From Octopus sinensis (lineage: Eukaryota), in the NCBI RefSeq assembly GCF_006345805.1, contig NC_043019.1, forward strand, positions 14,135,360 to 14,199,359: 64,000 nt of DNA, given 5' to 3'. Each line of letters begins with the position of its first letter. Positions within the stretch are counted from its first letter, which is position 1. Below are positions 24,917 through 36,497 of the stretch, in pieces. The notes beneath the pieces are model-generated. The model searched no databases and was not told the origin of the DNA. It worked only from the letters and a program-made list of their open reading frames with translations. Position numbers and translations under genes: made by a program.

Positions 24917-25112
24917 AATGTCTTTGACAGAAATATGGTAATAAAAGGGTTAAAAACATATTGCTTTCATTTCAATTAATTTTTAACATATTGTGAAATA
25001 ACTTTGTCATCGTTATTTAAACTTGTGTTTGAAATTTTAATTAACATGAAATTTTTATGAGAAATTTTAATTTAGATCAGTTGTGAAGACATGCATGGCC
25101 TAGTGGTTAGGG

Positions 25113-25333
25113 CAGTGGTTTTCAACCAAGGTTCCGCGGAACCTTAGGGTTCCGCCAGTACAGTGCAGGGGTTCCACAAGAAGTTACAAAACTGCTAAAA
25201 TCGGCAGTAATTTTTAAGTCTCCTGTGCAGATATGTGTGCATAAGGCTATTAAATTATTGCACAGGGGTTCCTCGAGCCAGTGGAATGTTTCCTTGGGGT
25301 TCCGCTCCAGCAAAAAAAGTTTGAAAAGCACTG
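25113..25333. mobile_element. hAT-like MITE, copy 1
   Basis: Ends cagtggttttcaa / ttgaaaagcactg; perfect 8-bp TSD ggttaggg at 25105-12 and 25334-41; second copy at 52473-52692. Confidence 0.85.
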
Positions 25334-25444
25334 GGTTAGGGTATTGCACTCATAATCATCAGATCACAAGTTCAATCCTCAGACCGGGCAATGTGTTCTG
25401 TTCTTAAGCAAAACACTTCATTTCACATTGCTGTAGTGTTGCGT

Positions 25445-25775
25445 GGGCGCGTGGCTTAGTGGTTAGGGCATTCAGCTCATGATCGTAAAGTTGTGAGTTC
25501 AATTCCCAGTGACACGTTATGTCCTTAAGCAAGACACTTTATTTCATGTTGCTCCAGTCCACCCAGCTGGCAAAAAGGAGTAGTACCTGTATTTCAAAAG
25601 GGCCAGCCTTGTCACACTCTGTATCATGCTGAATCTCCTTGTGAACTACGTTAAGGGTACACGTGTCTGTGGAGTGCTCAGCCACTTTCATGTCAATTTC
25701 ATGAGCAAGCTGTTCCGTTGATCATATCAGCTGGGACCCTTGTCGTCATAACCGATAGTGCCCCTAGTGATGTGT
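25445..25775 (+). mobile_element. tRNA-derived SINE of a further family
   Basis: gtggcttagtggttaggg A-box, gagttcaattccc B-box, gtccttaagcaagacactttatttc, and a distinct body. Confidence 0.7.
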
Positions 25776-27604
25776 GGGGACTGGCATGTCATAGAACAGA
25801 CCCAACGTTTCCTGTGCTAAAAGAGGTTGAGATAGGATTTGCACTCAGACCTCATAAAAACCCTCTCCAACAACGACTACCCTTACAGACCCATGGGTTT
25901 GAAGGTTATCACCTGAGTGGTTCAGGGGTGTTATTTGCCAAAAGTAGTAAGAGATCACCAACAAATCATAGATACAACAATATGCTGCTATTACAGCGCA
26001 TGCTCCCATACTATTAAAACTACCACCAAAACTACTTCTAATGCTACTACTAATACTACTTCAAAACAGGAAGTTTGAAGCAAAAATTAACATGAAATTT
26101 TGATGAAAAGTCTTAATTTAGATCACTTGAAAACAGGAAGCTTGTACTAATAATATTAAAGGCAATTTCAGGCAGATTGAGTTGGGTTGGTATAAGAAAT
26201 TATGAAGGTTCAAATCTCGTTAAAGATAATGAGTTCGAGTCTTATGGCTGGCTGCTAACAAATTTTTCTGCAATATAAGGATGTTCTGTCCTATTTATGC
26301 TATTCAGCATTATTATTATGCGTTTGAGGAAAAAATATTTCCATACGTGCAAGAGTGGCTGTGTGGTAAGTAGCTTGTTTACCAACCACATGGTTCTGGG
26401 TTCATTCCTACTGCGTGGCACCTTGGGCAAGTGTCTTCTACTATAGCCTCGGGCCGACCAAAGCTGGCTGAATGATAACTAAGTTATTTTACTAAATTCT
26501 TTGTTATATTTAAAGTAATTGAAAGAAACACAGAGCATCTCAACAGAGAAGAGTGGTGGCGAAGACGCCTGTGCGTGAAATTGTTTAATGTGTGCTTGAG
26601 GTCGCACGCCCAGTAAAGCGCACGTAAACTTGACAGACCACCAACTTGACCCAATGGCAAGGTAAACCGAGACGATTGGAGTCGATGGTCTGCTGCAGCC
26701 TTCATCCGCCTGTTCCACCGTTGAGGATTTGATGACTGTCAGAGCCCCGTTTGCCGCTAACACAGCTGGCTTGTTCACGTTGCCCAGTCTGCACCACGTG
26801 GAGGAGGGGTTGAGCTTTAGCAAATACAGTAATGAAAGGGTTAATAAAAGAATGAATGGAGAGAATAGATGAGGTAAGGAATGAGGTAAGGAATGAGCAG
26901 AATTGTAGTTTCAATTCGTCGTCACATGTTTATTGTTAAAAAAAATTGAGTTGGACATGACAGTCCGATAGGGAACTACAGAAAAACAAAAGACAATTTC
27001 TTTCTTACAGTGGTGTCACTGTGCATTAGTTTTATAGTTATGTGAGTAGGAGAGAGAAAGAGAGAGAGAGTTATAGAGAAAAAGAATGAGTGAATGGAAT
27101 GCCAGTGTCATCTGCAATAATATGGTTTTTAAGCTATCAGTTTCAAATTGTGTGTTGCAGCTGTTCAATATTTGACAAGTCTATCAAAGCCAACAGCTGA
27201 TTGCAAATTGTAGCGACCGATGTGATGCTGAGCAGATTCCGCTTCGATTCTCTCATTTGCTTCTCTTTTTTTTTTTGTTTTTTCTTTTTTTTTTCCTTTT
27301 TTTTTACTCTGCCCTCTTGAAAGACTTCTACTTTCCTGTTGACTTCATCAAGTATCTTCATGAATTTTAAATGGTAAATTTTTTGCTGATGTCAATCTGT
27401 CAATTTTAATATCCTTAAAAAAAAAAAAAAAAAAAAAAAAAATCAGTTGTCAGCTTCTTGATGACATCATCTGTCCATTTGATTCGTCTAATTGTTCAAT
27501 GAAATTTACTAAATGGAAGAACAAAGCAAGTTCTTTCACATTTTAGATAGAGATATCCTGCTGATGAAAACCAATATCTGTTGTGCTATAGAATTATTTT
27601 ACCC

Positions 27605-27809
27605 ATTTCTTTACTACCCACAAGGGGCTAAACACAGAGAGGACAAACAAGGACAGGCAAATGGATTAAGTTGATTACATCGACGCCAGTGCGTAACTGG
27701 TACTTATTTAGTCGACCTTGGCGGAATTTGAACCCAGAACGTAACGGCAGACAAAATACGGCTACGCATTTCGCCTGGCATGCTAACGTTTCTGCCAACT
27801 CGCCGCCTT
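27605..27809 (-). mobile_element. SINE-B monomer with internal deletion
   Basis: Reverse complement of 9256-9491, lacking the gcctttcatcc segment. Confidence 0.85.
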
Positions 27810-27981
27810 CAGAATTATTTTACCATGCTATAGAATTAATTTACCATACAGCCTGGTACCATAGCTAACCAACAACTGAAAACCATTTTGCCAGAAATGG
27901 TGAATGACTTTATCTCATGATCGAAAACTGGTATCCCATATGATTTCTATCAAAATAAAATAATATATAATACTCAATGTA

Positions 27982-28551
27982 TTGGGTTGTCCGGAAAGTT
28001 CGTGCCAATTTATAGTAGCTTACAGTTCGACTTATTTTAGAACATGTTTGAGTCCATAAAATAGGATTTGACTACACCTCCATTTAGAGCACAGTTTAAA
28101 CTATCTTTTCATAGAAGAAGGTTCATGTTCCTATAACTTGTGTTAATTCTGTAACCCTTTAAAAGGGAAGATAAGAAAGTTCATTTTCGGTACTTGATGC
28201 TTTTCTTTTTCCGTAAAGGGAAAAATGCCTCACAAGCAACCAAAGAAATATGCGCAGTTTATGGTAATGTTTCTTTATCTGAAAGAACTGTATGGAAGTG
28301 GTTCGCAAGGTTCCAAGCTGGAGATTGTAGCCTTATTGATAAAGAGCGATCAGGCAGACCATCCACTTCAGATGATGACCAAATCAAATCATTGAGAATA
28401 ACCCACATTGCACAACCCGAGAATTGGCAGAAAGCCTCAACCTATCAAAATCCGTTGTTCATGAACACCTGGTAAAGCTTGGCTAATGGCAAGTATTTAT
28501 TGACCTTTTTCTCTCCTTTAAAAATTGGCACGAACTTTCTGGACAACCCAA
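27982..28551 (+). mobile_element. Internally deleted mariner element with N-terminal HTH remnant
   Basis: 30-bp TIRs ttgggttgtcc(g/a)gaaagttcgtgccaattt; TA on both flanks. Translation ..EDKKVHFRYLMLFFFRKGKNASQATKEICAVYG...WFARFQAGDCSLIDKERSGRP..., then VVHEHLVKLG after a frameshift; DDD domain absent. Confidence 0.9.
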
Positions 28552-28574
28552 TAGATAGGAGTCTTCACTTTGTT

Positions 28575-28830
28575 TTACACTTGAGCAAGGCACTTTATTT
28601 CATATTGCTGCAGTTTACTCAGCTGTAGAAATGAGTTGTGACATCACTGGTGTTGAGCTGTATTGGCCCATTCTGTTCCCTTGGAATAACATTGGTGGTG
28701 TCAAGAGAGGAGGCTGATATGCATAAACGACTGCTGGTCTCCCTCAAAGAATCTTGCCTGGACTTGTGCCTTGGAGGGGAACTTTCTAGTTGCAATCCCA
28801 TGGTCAAACATGACCAAAGGGGGTCGTTAC
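28575..28830 (+). mobile_element. SINE body, same family as 50500-50860
   Basis: cagctgtagaaatgagttg...cttgcctggacttgtgcc...ctttctagttgcaatccc matches the reverse complement of 50555-50780. Confidence 0.6.
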
Positions 28831-29134
28831 TCTTGTTTTACACTAAAGTTTAATACAAATGATAGGAAAGAAAAAAAATCCATCTACTCTTTTCTCCTTG
28901 CTTTAACATATCTTCCATACCCCTCACTTGCAGCCACTCTGTTGTCTCTCACTGACACTCTCGACAACCATCTCTTCCCCATCTCTGAACATCACCCTCT
29001 TTCCCATCAATTCATAATTAGTGAAAGTGTGTTACATACTTTCAAGATGTACTCAATAGTGAAGTAATGACTATGGTTTTGCCAGCTAATTCAGTGAGCA
29101 ATTTAGTTGACTGAACAATCGAACACTTATCATC

Positions 29135-29597
29135 AAAAGACTGTAATCATCATGAGCATCATCACCACCACCATCACCATCATCATCACCATCATTATCA
29201 TCATCATCATCATCACCATCACCATCATCACCATCATCATCACCATCATCATCATCATCATCACCATTACCATTCTCATCACTATTACCATTGTTATCAC
29301 CATCATCATCGTCCTCACCATCATCATCGTCGTCCTCATCATCATCATCTGCATCATTACCATTATCATCGTTGTCATCATTATCATCATCACCATCATC
29401 ATCACCATTACCATTGTTATCACCATCATTGTCGTCCTCACCATCATCATCGTCTGCATCATCACCATCATCATTACCATTCTCATCACTATTACCATTG
29501 TTATCACCATCATCGTCGTCCTCACCATCATCATCGTTGTCCTCATCATCATTGTCTGCATCATTACCATTATCATCGTTATCATCATCATTATCCT
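29135..29597. repeat. (CAT/CAC/CGT)n cryptic trinucleotide array with higher-order units
   Basis: Direct reading; the block attaccattgttatcaccatcat..gtcctcaccatcatcatcgt recurs three times. Confidence 0.9.
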
Positions 29598-29619
29598 TCA
29601 GTTCTATATTTAAGAGATG

Positions 29620-29710
29620 AGGAATTATTTACCTTATTTACATTTGACGGATATCTGTCCTCATCTTGTTTATTGTTAACACAATGTTTCGGCTGATATA
29701 CCCCCCAGCC
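29620..29710 (-). mobile_element. Penelope-like terminal fragment with a partial hammerhead-like motif
   Basis: Minus strand reads GGCTG-ggggtatat-CAGCC-GAAAC; the upstream CUGANGA is absent. Confidence 0.35.
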
Positions 29711-29863
29711 TGCTCTGAATACTATGAGCATTTTTACCCCCTTACTTTTACACCCTCCCCTCACTTAGTGGTCATTCAAATAGCTCTTTTGTCTTAATAA
29801 CGGTCAATCACACAGTAATTTCCCTTTGTATAGCGGTCATTTTTCATAGCATTTTTCCAATGG

Positions 29864-30045
29864 CCGGATAACTGAAGAGATGGCGGCGTGGATTTCCACC
29901 CCGACATCCAAAACTCGGAGTTTTATCATGGCTACCGAATAATTGTCACATATTACATTTACAGATAAATTCCTCTATTTACACAATATTGAGGTCCATT
30001 TCATTCTTTTGTTGTCTTACCATTTCTATCAAAATATATATATAT
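29864..30045 (+). mobile_element. Penelope-like terminal repeat with hammerhead-like motif
   Basis: gataa-CTGAAGA-gatg...catc-c-aaa-actcggagt-t-ttatc; homologous to 5165-5385. Confidence 0.55.
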
Positions 30046-30054
30046 ATATATATA

Positions 30055-30265
30055 TTTTCACTTGTTTGTCATTTTGACTGCGGCCATGCTGGAGCACCAC
30101 CTTTAATTAAGAAACTCGACCCTGGGACTTATTCTTTGTAAGCCCAGTACTTATTCTATCGGCCTCTTTTGCTGAACCACTAAGTGACAGGGACATAAAC
30201 ACACCAGCATCGGTTGTCAAGCAATGTTGGGGTGGGGGGACAGACACAGACATACAAACATACAT

Positions 30266-30320
<55 letters not shown>

Positions 30321-30505
30321 ATATATATATATATATACATATATACGACGGGCTTCTTTGAGTTTCCGTCTACCAAATCCACTCACAAGGCTTTGGTTGT
30401 TCAGTGGTTACTGTAGACATTTGCCCAACATGCCACACTGTGGGATTGAACCCAAAGCCATGTAGTTCAGAAGCAAACCTCTTTGCCACACAACCACTCA
30501 TGCAC
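30055..30505 (-). mobile_element. SINE-A
   Basis: Reverse-complement copy with internal (CA)n(TA)n. Confidence 0.8.
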
Positions 30506-31174
30506 TTATAAAATCCATTCATACATTCAATGCATTTGAACTCAAGTGTTTGCTGTTGTATGCAGTAGCTTCCATCCTTCGTCGGTGGATGATCATTTTT
30601 CATTTTTCTCCTTTGTTTGATGTACAAAGCCGAGAATTAATCTTATACCTTTGCAAACATCTCATGTTTACAAGGGACATTGAAAACGGCTTATCATAAT
30701 GCATACTTTGGTCTCTTCTATCAACATCGACTGAAGTTTAATTTACAATGATCTGTCGTGCAAATACAGCTCCGATAACAACAGACATGTTTGTGGATCA
30801 TTAATGGTTTTTATCTCTTGAGATGCTAACTTGACTCTTGTCATACAAACGATGTGATATGATACACTTATATCTGACAAGCCATAATATTGCAAAAACA
30901 ACTTTTAAAAAAAAAATGCTAAAATTATAATAAAAAATCACTAAATTTTTGTTATAGTTTTGCTGTAATCACTTCAGCCTCTCCAGTGTCCATTTTTTTT
31001 AAAATGCTAACAGGCAGTTGATAAATGACAGGATTTTCTCTGTTGAAGATTCATTGTTGCTTATTGCATGCAAGTCTTGAAAGCTTTGGTTTTGTTTAAT
31101 TTTCTGTCTGTTGTTTGCTCTCCTACCGGAATGGTAATAACATACAGTTGATTAAAACAATAAAAATAAACATA

Positions 31175-31604
31175 GGCGCAGGAGTGGCTGTGTGGTAAGT
31201 AGCTTGCTTACCACCCACATGGTTCTGGGTTCAGTCCCACAGCGTGGCATCTTGGGCAAGTGTCTTCTGCTAAAGCCTCGGGCCGACCAATGCCTTGTGA
31301 GTGGATTTGGTAGACGGAAACTGAAAGAAGCCTGTCGTATATATGTACATATATATATATATATACGTGTGTGTGTTTGTGTGTGTGTGTATGTGTCTGT
31401 GTCTGTGTTTGTCCCCCTAGCATTGCTTGACAACCGATGCTGGTGTGTTTACGTCCCCGTCACTTAGCGGTTCGGCAAAAGAGACCGATAGAATAAGTAC
31501 TGGGCTTACAAAGAGTAAGTCCTGGGGTCGATTTGCTCGACTAAAGGCGGTGCTCCAGCATGGCCGCAGTCAAATGACTGAAACAAGTAAAAGAGTAAAG
31601 AGTA
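31175..31604 (+). mobile_element. SINE-A, full length
   Basis: Complete copy. Confidence 0.9.
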
Positions 31605-31805
31605 AATAAATCTTGTTTACTTTTTAGTTTTATGTCATTTACTAAGTGAAAAACAACTCATTGACCTTTATTTTCTCATGACATTAACTTCAACAAAAGC
31701 AATCAGTTTATTTTGCATTTTTATCTGCATTTTTTTGTTTTTCTTTTGAAAAATGTTATCATTACTATAATTGTTATTATCATCATTATCATTGTTATTA
31801 TTATT

Positions 31806-32198
31806 ACTAGCAGTATCGCCCGGCGTTGCTCGGGTTTGTTTCGACTCTTTAGAATTGGAATTTTTGAAAAGTAAAAATTTTGCATTATGTAGCTTGTTAT
31901 TCTCTTTAAGTGAACATTTTTCTGGTTGAAATACACCGAAAAATGGCGACACAGCAGTCAAAAATAGTAAAAAATAGGGATTTTCATAGAAAAAAGAACC
32001 TTTTTGATGTAAATAATTTTTGGTGTTAACATGGTCCGATTTGAATTTTTTTCTTCTACGGAATGAAGAGCAAGCCTTCTTCTATCATACTCTCAATTTT
32101 GGTCAACTTGTGCCGCAGGGTCTCGGAGGAGATAGTGTTAGTTGAAGGCTACCAAACCTGCCATACACAGACAACTTCAGCTTTATATATAGAGAGAT
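31806..32198 (+). mobile_element. Helentron/HINE-like non-autonomous element, copy 1
   Basis: Starts actagcagtatcgcccggcgttgctcggg (short subterminal hairpin) and ends acagacaacttcagctttatatatagagagat; inverted copy at 39783-40182. Confidence 0.6.
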
Positions 32199-32418
32199 TA
32201 AGGCGGCAAGCTGGCAGAATCATTAGCACTCTGGATGCAATGCTTAGTGATATTTCACCCATCGCTACGTTCTTAGTTCAAATTCCGCTGAGGTCGACTT
32301 TACCTTTCATCCTTTCAGGGGTCAATAATTAAGTACCAGTTGAGTACTGGGATCGATGTAATCGACTATCCCCCTCCTCAAATTTCAGCAAAAGAGACTG
32401 GTAGAATAAGTTCTACCA

Positions 32419-32580
32419 GGCGTAGGAGTGGCTGTGTGGTAAGTAGCTTGCTTACCAATCACATGGTTCCAGGTTCAGTCCCACTGCGTGGCACCTTGGG
32501 CAAGTGTCTTCTACTATAACCTTGGGCCGACCAAAGCCTTGTGAGTGGATTTGGTAGACGGAAACTGAAAGAAGCCCGTC

Positions 32581-32612
<32 letters not shown>

Positions 32613-32856
32613 GTATGTATGTATGTGTGCGTATATGTTTGTGTGTGTGTGTTTGTCCCCCCCCCCACCAACATTGCTTGACAACCGATTGGTGGTGTGT
32701 TTACATCCTTGTAACTTAGCAGTTCAGCAAATGAGACCGATGAGAATAAGTACTAGGCTTACAAAGAATAAGTCCTGGCGTCGATTTGCTCGACTCAAGG
32801 CGGTGCTCTAGCATGGCCACAGCCAAATGACTGAAACAAGTAAAAGAGTAAAAGAG
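32419..32856 (+). mobile_element. SINE-A
   Basis: Complete copy. Confidence 0.9.
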
Positions 32857-33900
32857 ACAAAAAAAATAAGTACTGGAGTCAAATTGCTCAATTTAATCTG
32901 TCAAGTGCTCCAGCATGGCCATAGTCTAATGACTGAAAGAAGGGAAAGAAAAGAAAAAAAGAGAATTCACTTTCTTTACTGATTATTGATAATTCACTGT
33001 GAATTCTTTTATGAATAATTTTAACATTAATTTAGCTATTCCCTAACATTGTTATTATTATTATTATTATTTTGTTGTTATATTCTTTCTTTGATAAGCT
33101 CAGCGATTTTCTAATGTAATTATTCAGATTTTTCCTTCCTCGGTCCTCAAATACATCCGCCATATTGAATTGAAAATTTATGATGTCAGATACATGGTAA
33201 ACGACTATAAAATTTTACCAAATGTCTTAATATCAAAGAAAATCAATACAATTTTTCCATTATCTGAAGACTTTCAATGTCTTTTTAGTCAAATTTTTAA
33301 ACAGTTCATATCATTTTTCACTAGAACCAGTCATTTAAAGATCAAAAATTTGGAGAAAGTTGTATTTTAAGGAAAGAATAAAAAAAAAAAAACAGAATTT
33401 CTGTGAACATGAAATGTTCTAACCATTATACGAAAGCAACACTTAGAATTTTCAGCTTCCATTTTATATAAATTTGTTCTTATCAGCAGGAATTTCTTCC
33501 TTCTACCATTAATTCCATGTTTACCTCATCTAGCAGACATGTCTTTTATAGATTCACCAAATATTGTTAATGCTAAATGAAATAGCTTCCCATATTTGAA
33601 TTAAAATTTTCTCAAGAGCAATAATTTCAGATTAATTCTTTGTTTAAATTTACCATTTTTCTTTAAGTATTCCCATTAAATTTTCCAAGTTAACTTTTAT
33701 AAGGTTGACCACACTTATATCATGTTTGCTTTTTGGGGTCTTGCTCTCATTAAGGTAATGAAGTGGCAGAATCATTAGCATGCTGAACAAAATGCTTAGT
33801 GGCATTTTGTCTGTTTTTACGTTCTGGGTTCAAATTCTGCTGAGGTCAACTTTGCCTTTTATCTTTTTAGGGTCAATAAAATAAGTATTAGTCAAATATT

Positions 33901-34155
33901 GGAGTCAATGGAACTGAACACTCCCCTACCCTCAAAAACTGCTGGCCCTGTGCCAAATTTGAAATGGGGTCAATGGAACTGAACACCCCTACCCTCAAAA
34001 ACTGCTGGCCCTATGCCAAATCTGAAATGGGGTCAATGGAGCTGAACACCACCTACCCTCAAAAACTACTGGCCCTGTGCCAAATCTGAAATGGGGTCAA
34101 TGGAGCTGAACACCACCTACCCTCAAAAACTGCTGGCCCTGTGCCAAATTTGAAA
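33901..34155 (+). repeat. Four ~63-bp tandem units derived from the SINE-B2 3' end
   Basis: Unit ggggtcaatgga(a/g)ctgaacacc..ctaccctcaaaaactgctggccctgtgccaaat(t/c)tgaaat at ~33901, 33966, 34029 and 34092. Confidence 0.85.
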
Positions 34156-34504
34156 CCATTAAATGCCGCAAGCTGGCAGAATTGTTAGCACTCAACAGAC
34201 AAACTACTCTGCAGCATTTCTTCCAATTCTTCATATTCTGAGTTCAAATCCTGCCCAGCTCAACTTTGCCTTTCATCCTTTCAAGATCTATAAAGTACCA
34301 GTTGAATACTAGGGTTGATGTAATCGACTAGCCCCTCCCCAGAAAATTTAAAGTCTTGTGCCTATAATAGAAAGATTTTAGTGATTAATCATGGCAACTG
34401 GTTGGGAAAAAATAGTTTGACAGGAGAGCTAGGAAGAAGGGAAGATGATAAAGTACTGGTGATCCCAAAATGAAGGTGAGTGTATAAGTGTGTATGGAAA
34501 CTGA

Positions 34505-34918
34505 AAGGCGGCGAGCTGGCAGAAATGTAAGCATGCTGAGTGAAATGCTTAGCAGTATTTTATCTGCTGTTATGTTCTGAGTTCAAATTCTGCCAAGATC
34601 GACATTGCCTTTCATCCTTTCGGGGTCAATAAATTAAGTACCAGTTACGCACTGGGTGTCAATCTAATCGGCTTAATCCGTTTGTCTGTCCTTGTTTGTC
34701 CCCTCTGTGTTTAGCCCCTTGTGGGTAGTAAAGAAATAAGTATTTCATCTGCTGTTACGTTCTGAGTTCAAATTCCGCCGAGGTTGACTTTGCCTTTCAT
34801 CCTTTTGGGGTCGATTAAATAAGTACCAGTTATGCACTGGGTCGATGTAATCGATTTAATCCGTTTGTCCTTGTTCGTCCCCTCTTTGTTTAGCCCCTTG
34901 TGGATAGTAAAGAAATAA
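34505..34918 (+). mobile_element. SINE-B dimer
   Basis: Junction aaagaaataagtatttc at ~34730-46; flanking repeat gaaactgaaag at 34497-507 and 34919-29. Confidence 0.85.
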
Positions 34919-35699
34919 GAAACTGAAAGAAGCCTGCCATGTGTGTAATCTTAAGAATCAAAGGGGTAAAAAGGGGTAAAATCATAAGTAAAAAAAGGGG
35001 GTTGAGAAACACTGATTTTATCTGCTAACCTGTCCATTTCCAAGGTTCACGAGGGAATTACGTATACGAGGAGTAAATATGAAATGACTCAAATTAGAGA
35101 ATCAAACTTGAATCTCTGACTTAGCTCTCCACCCATGGCACTCACAGAGATTAAAAAAATCTATTATAAGAAAGTATTTTTAGGTCTTTGGTTGACAATG
35201 TAGCAACAGCTTGACACAGATGAAGTCGTACAAAGTCGAAGTAGCTGATATGTTAACTATGTGAAAAGTAGATAATATCTTTAAAAATAGTATTTTATTT
35301 TTTTCTAAAATAACGTTACTACATTTTCACGTACAGACATGTGCGTGCACACACACGTGCAAATTGGTTTCAAATTTTGGTACAAGGCCAACAATTTTGA
35401 ATGTAAGGGGTTTATATCTATTACATTGACCCCAATGCTTGACTGGTACTTGTTTTATTGACACCAAAATGATGAAAGACAAAGTCGGCCTCAGCAGGGT
35501 ATGAACTCAGAATGGGAAGGCAGACAAAATGTCGCAAAGCATTTTGCCTGGTGTGCTAATAATTCTACCAGCTCCCCCCACACACACACACACACATATA
35601 TATGTTGTTGTTTGTTTCTTCTTGAGCCATGCTTGGCTCGTAAGGGCCAGTTTCCTGAGTGACATGGGCAATGGGAATGACCACTGTTGGGTGCTTTTT

Positions 35700-36123
35700 C
35701 TGCAAAAATGTCTTGCAAACAACTTGCACATGCAAGTGCTACCAGTTAAAAGCTCCGTATACCGGAAGCTAGCAAGTGTATGGGGTCATCATGAGAGAAT
35801 GCGCGCCGTTTCGGGGCCTACCTCTCGATGGCATCAATGTGCACCGGCCCCCCTCACTGATATGAGGCCCCGCTTGCTAGATCAGCTGGTTATGAAGTTA
35901 AATTCAATATACTTCTAGCCATCGCTCATCGTCTCTTTTTAACCAAATCCAGTGGCTAGCCTTATCCACTGTAGATTGGATATCAGTCATGGTGGTATTA
36001 ACTTTACGATGAGTTAGGCCTAGTGATAATAACAGTCGTCTCACGCTGTGTCCAACAAACTCTCTACATCCGACTTCGATAGGAAAATGTTCCACTTTCC
36101 AGCCTGCGTCTTCGCATTCTAAT
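35700..36123 (-). mobile_element. HERO-like RLE LINE 3' fragment
   Basis: LECEDAGWKVEHFPIEVGCREFVG...VDKASHWIWLKRDDERW matches the W..FPVEVGCRGF...AS.W.W.KR C-terminus I associate with HERO elements; a GC-richer 3' UTR follows. Confidence 0.7.
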
Positions 36124-36196
36124 TAAAGACAACATTTCCCTGCATTAACTCTTTCATTTTAGTTTAACATTTCATGATAGATAACAACCTTCATGT

Positions 36197-36229
<33 letters not shown>

Positions 36230-36463
36230 GTTCAACCCATGCCAGCATGGAAAACGGACGTTAAACTATGATGATGATGATATGTGTATACATATGTCTG
36301 AGCATGAAAACCAGTTTGGAGTAGTGTGTACATCTGTCTTTAGTTTGTGTGTGTGGGTATGTAATTTAGTTGTGTGTGAGTGTAATTCCTTCACTTATTT
36401 TGACTTGTATTGATTTTAATTCTGTCTCATTTATCCATGTCTTGTAAATATATGTGTTTTGTG

Positions 36464-36497
<34 letters not shown>

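Noticed and set aside
25105-25341. Telomere-like ggttaggg on both sides of the MITE
   Set aside because: It is the duplicated target site within a SINE A-box, not a telomeric array.
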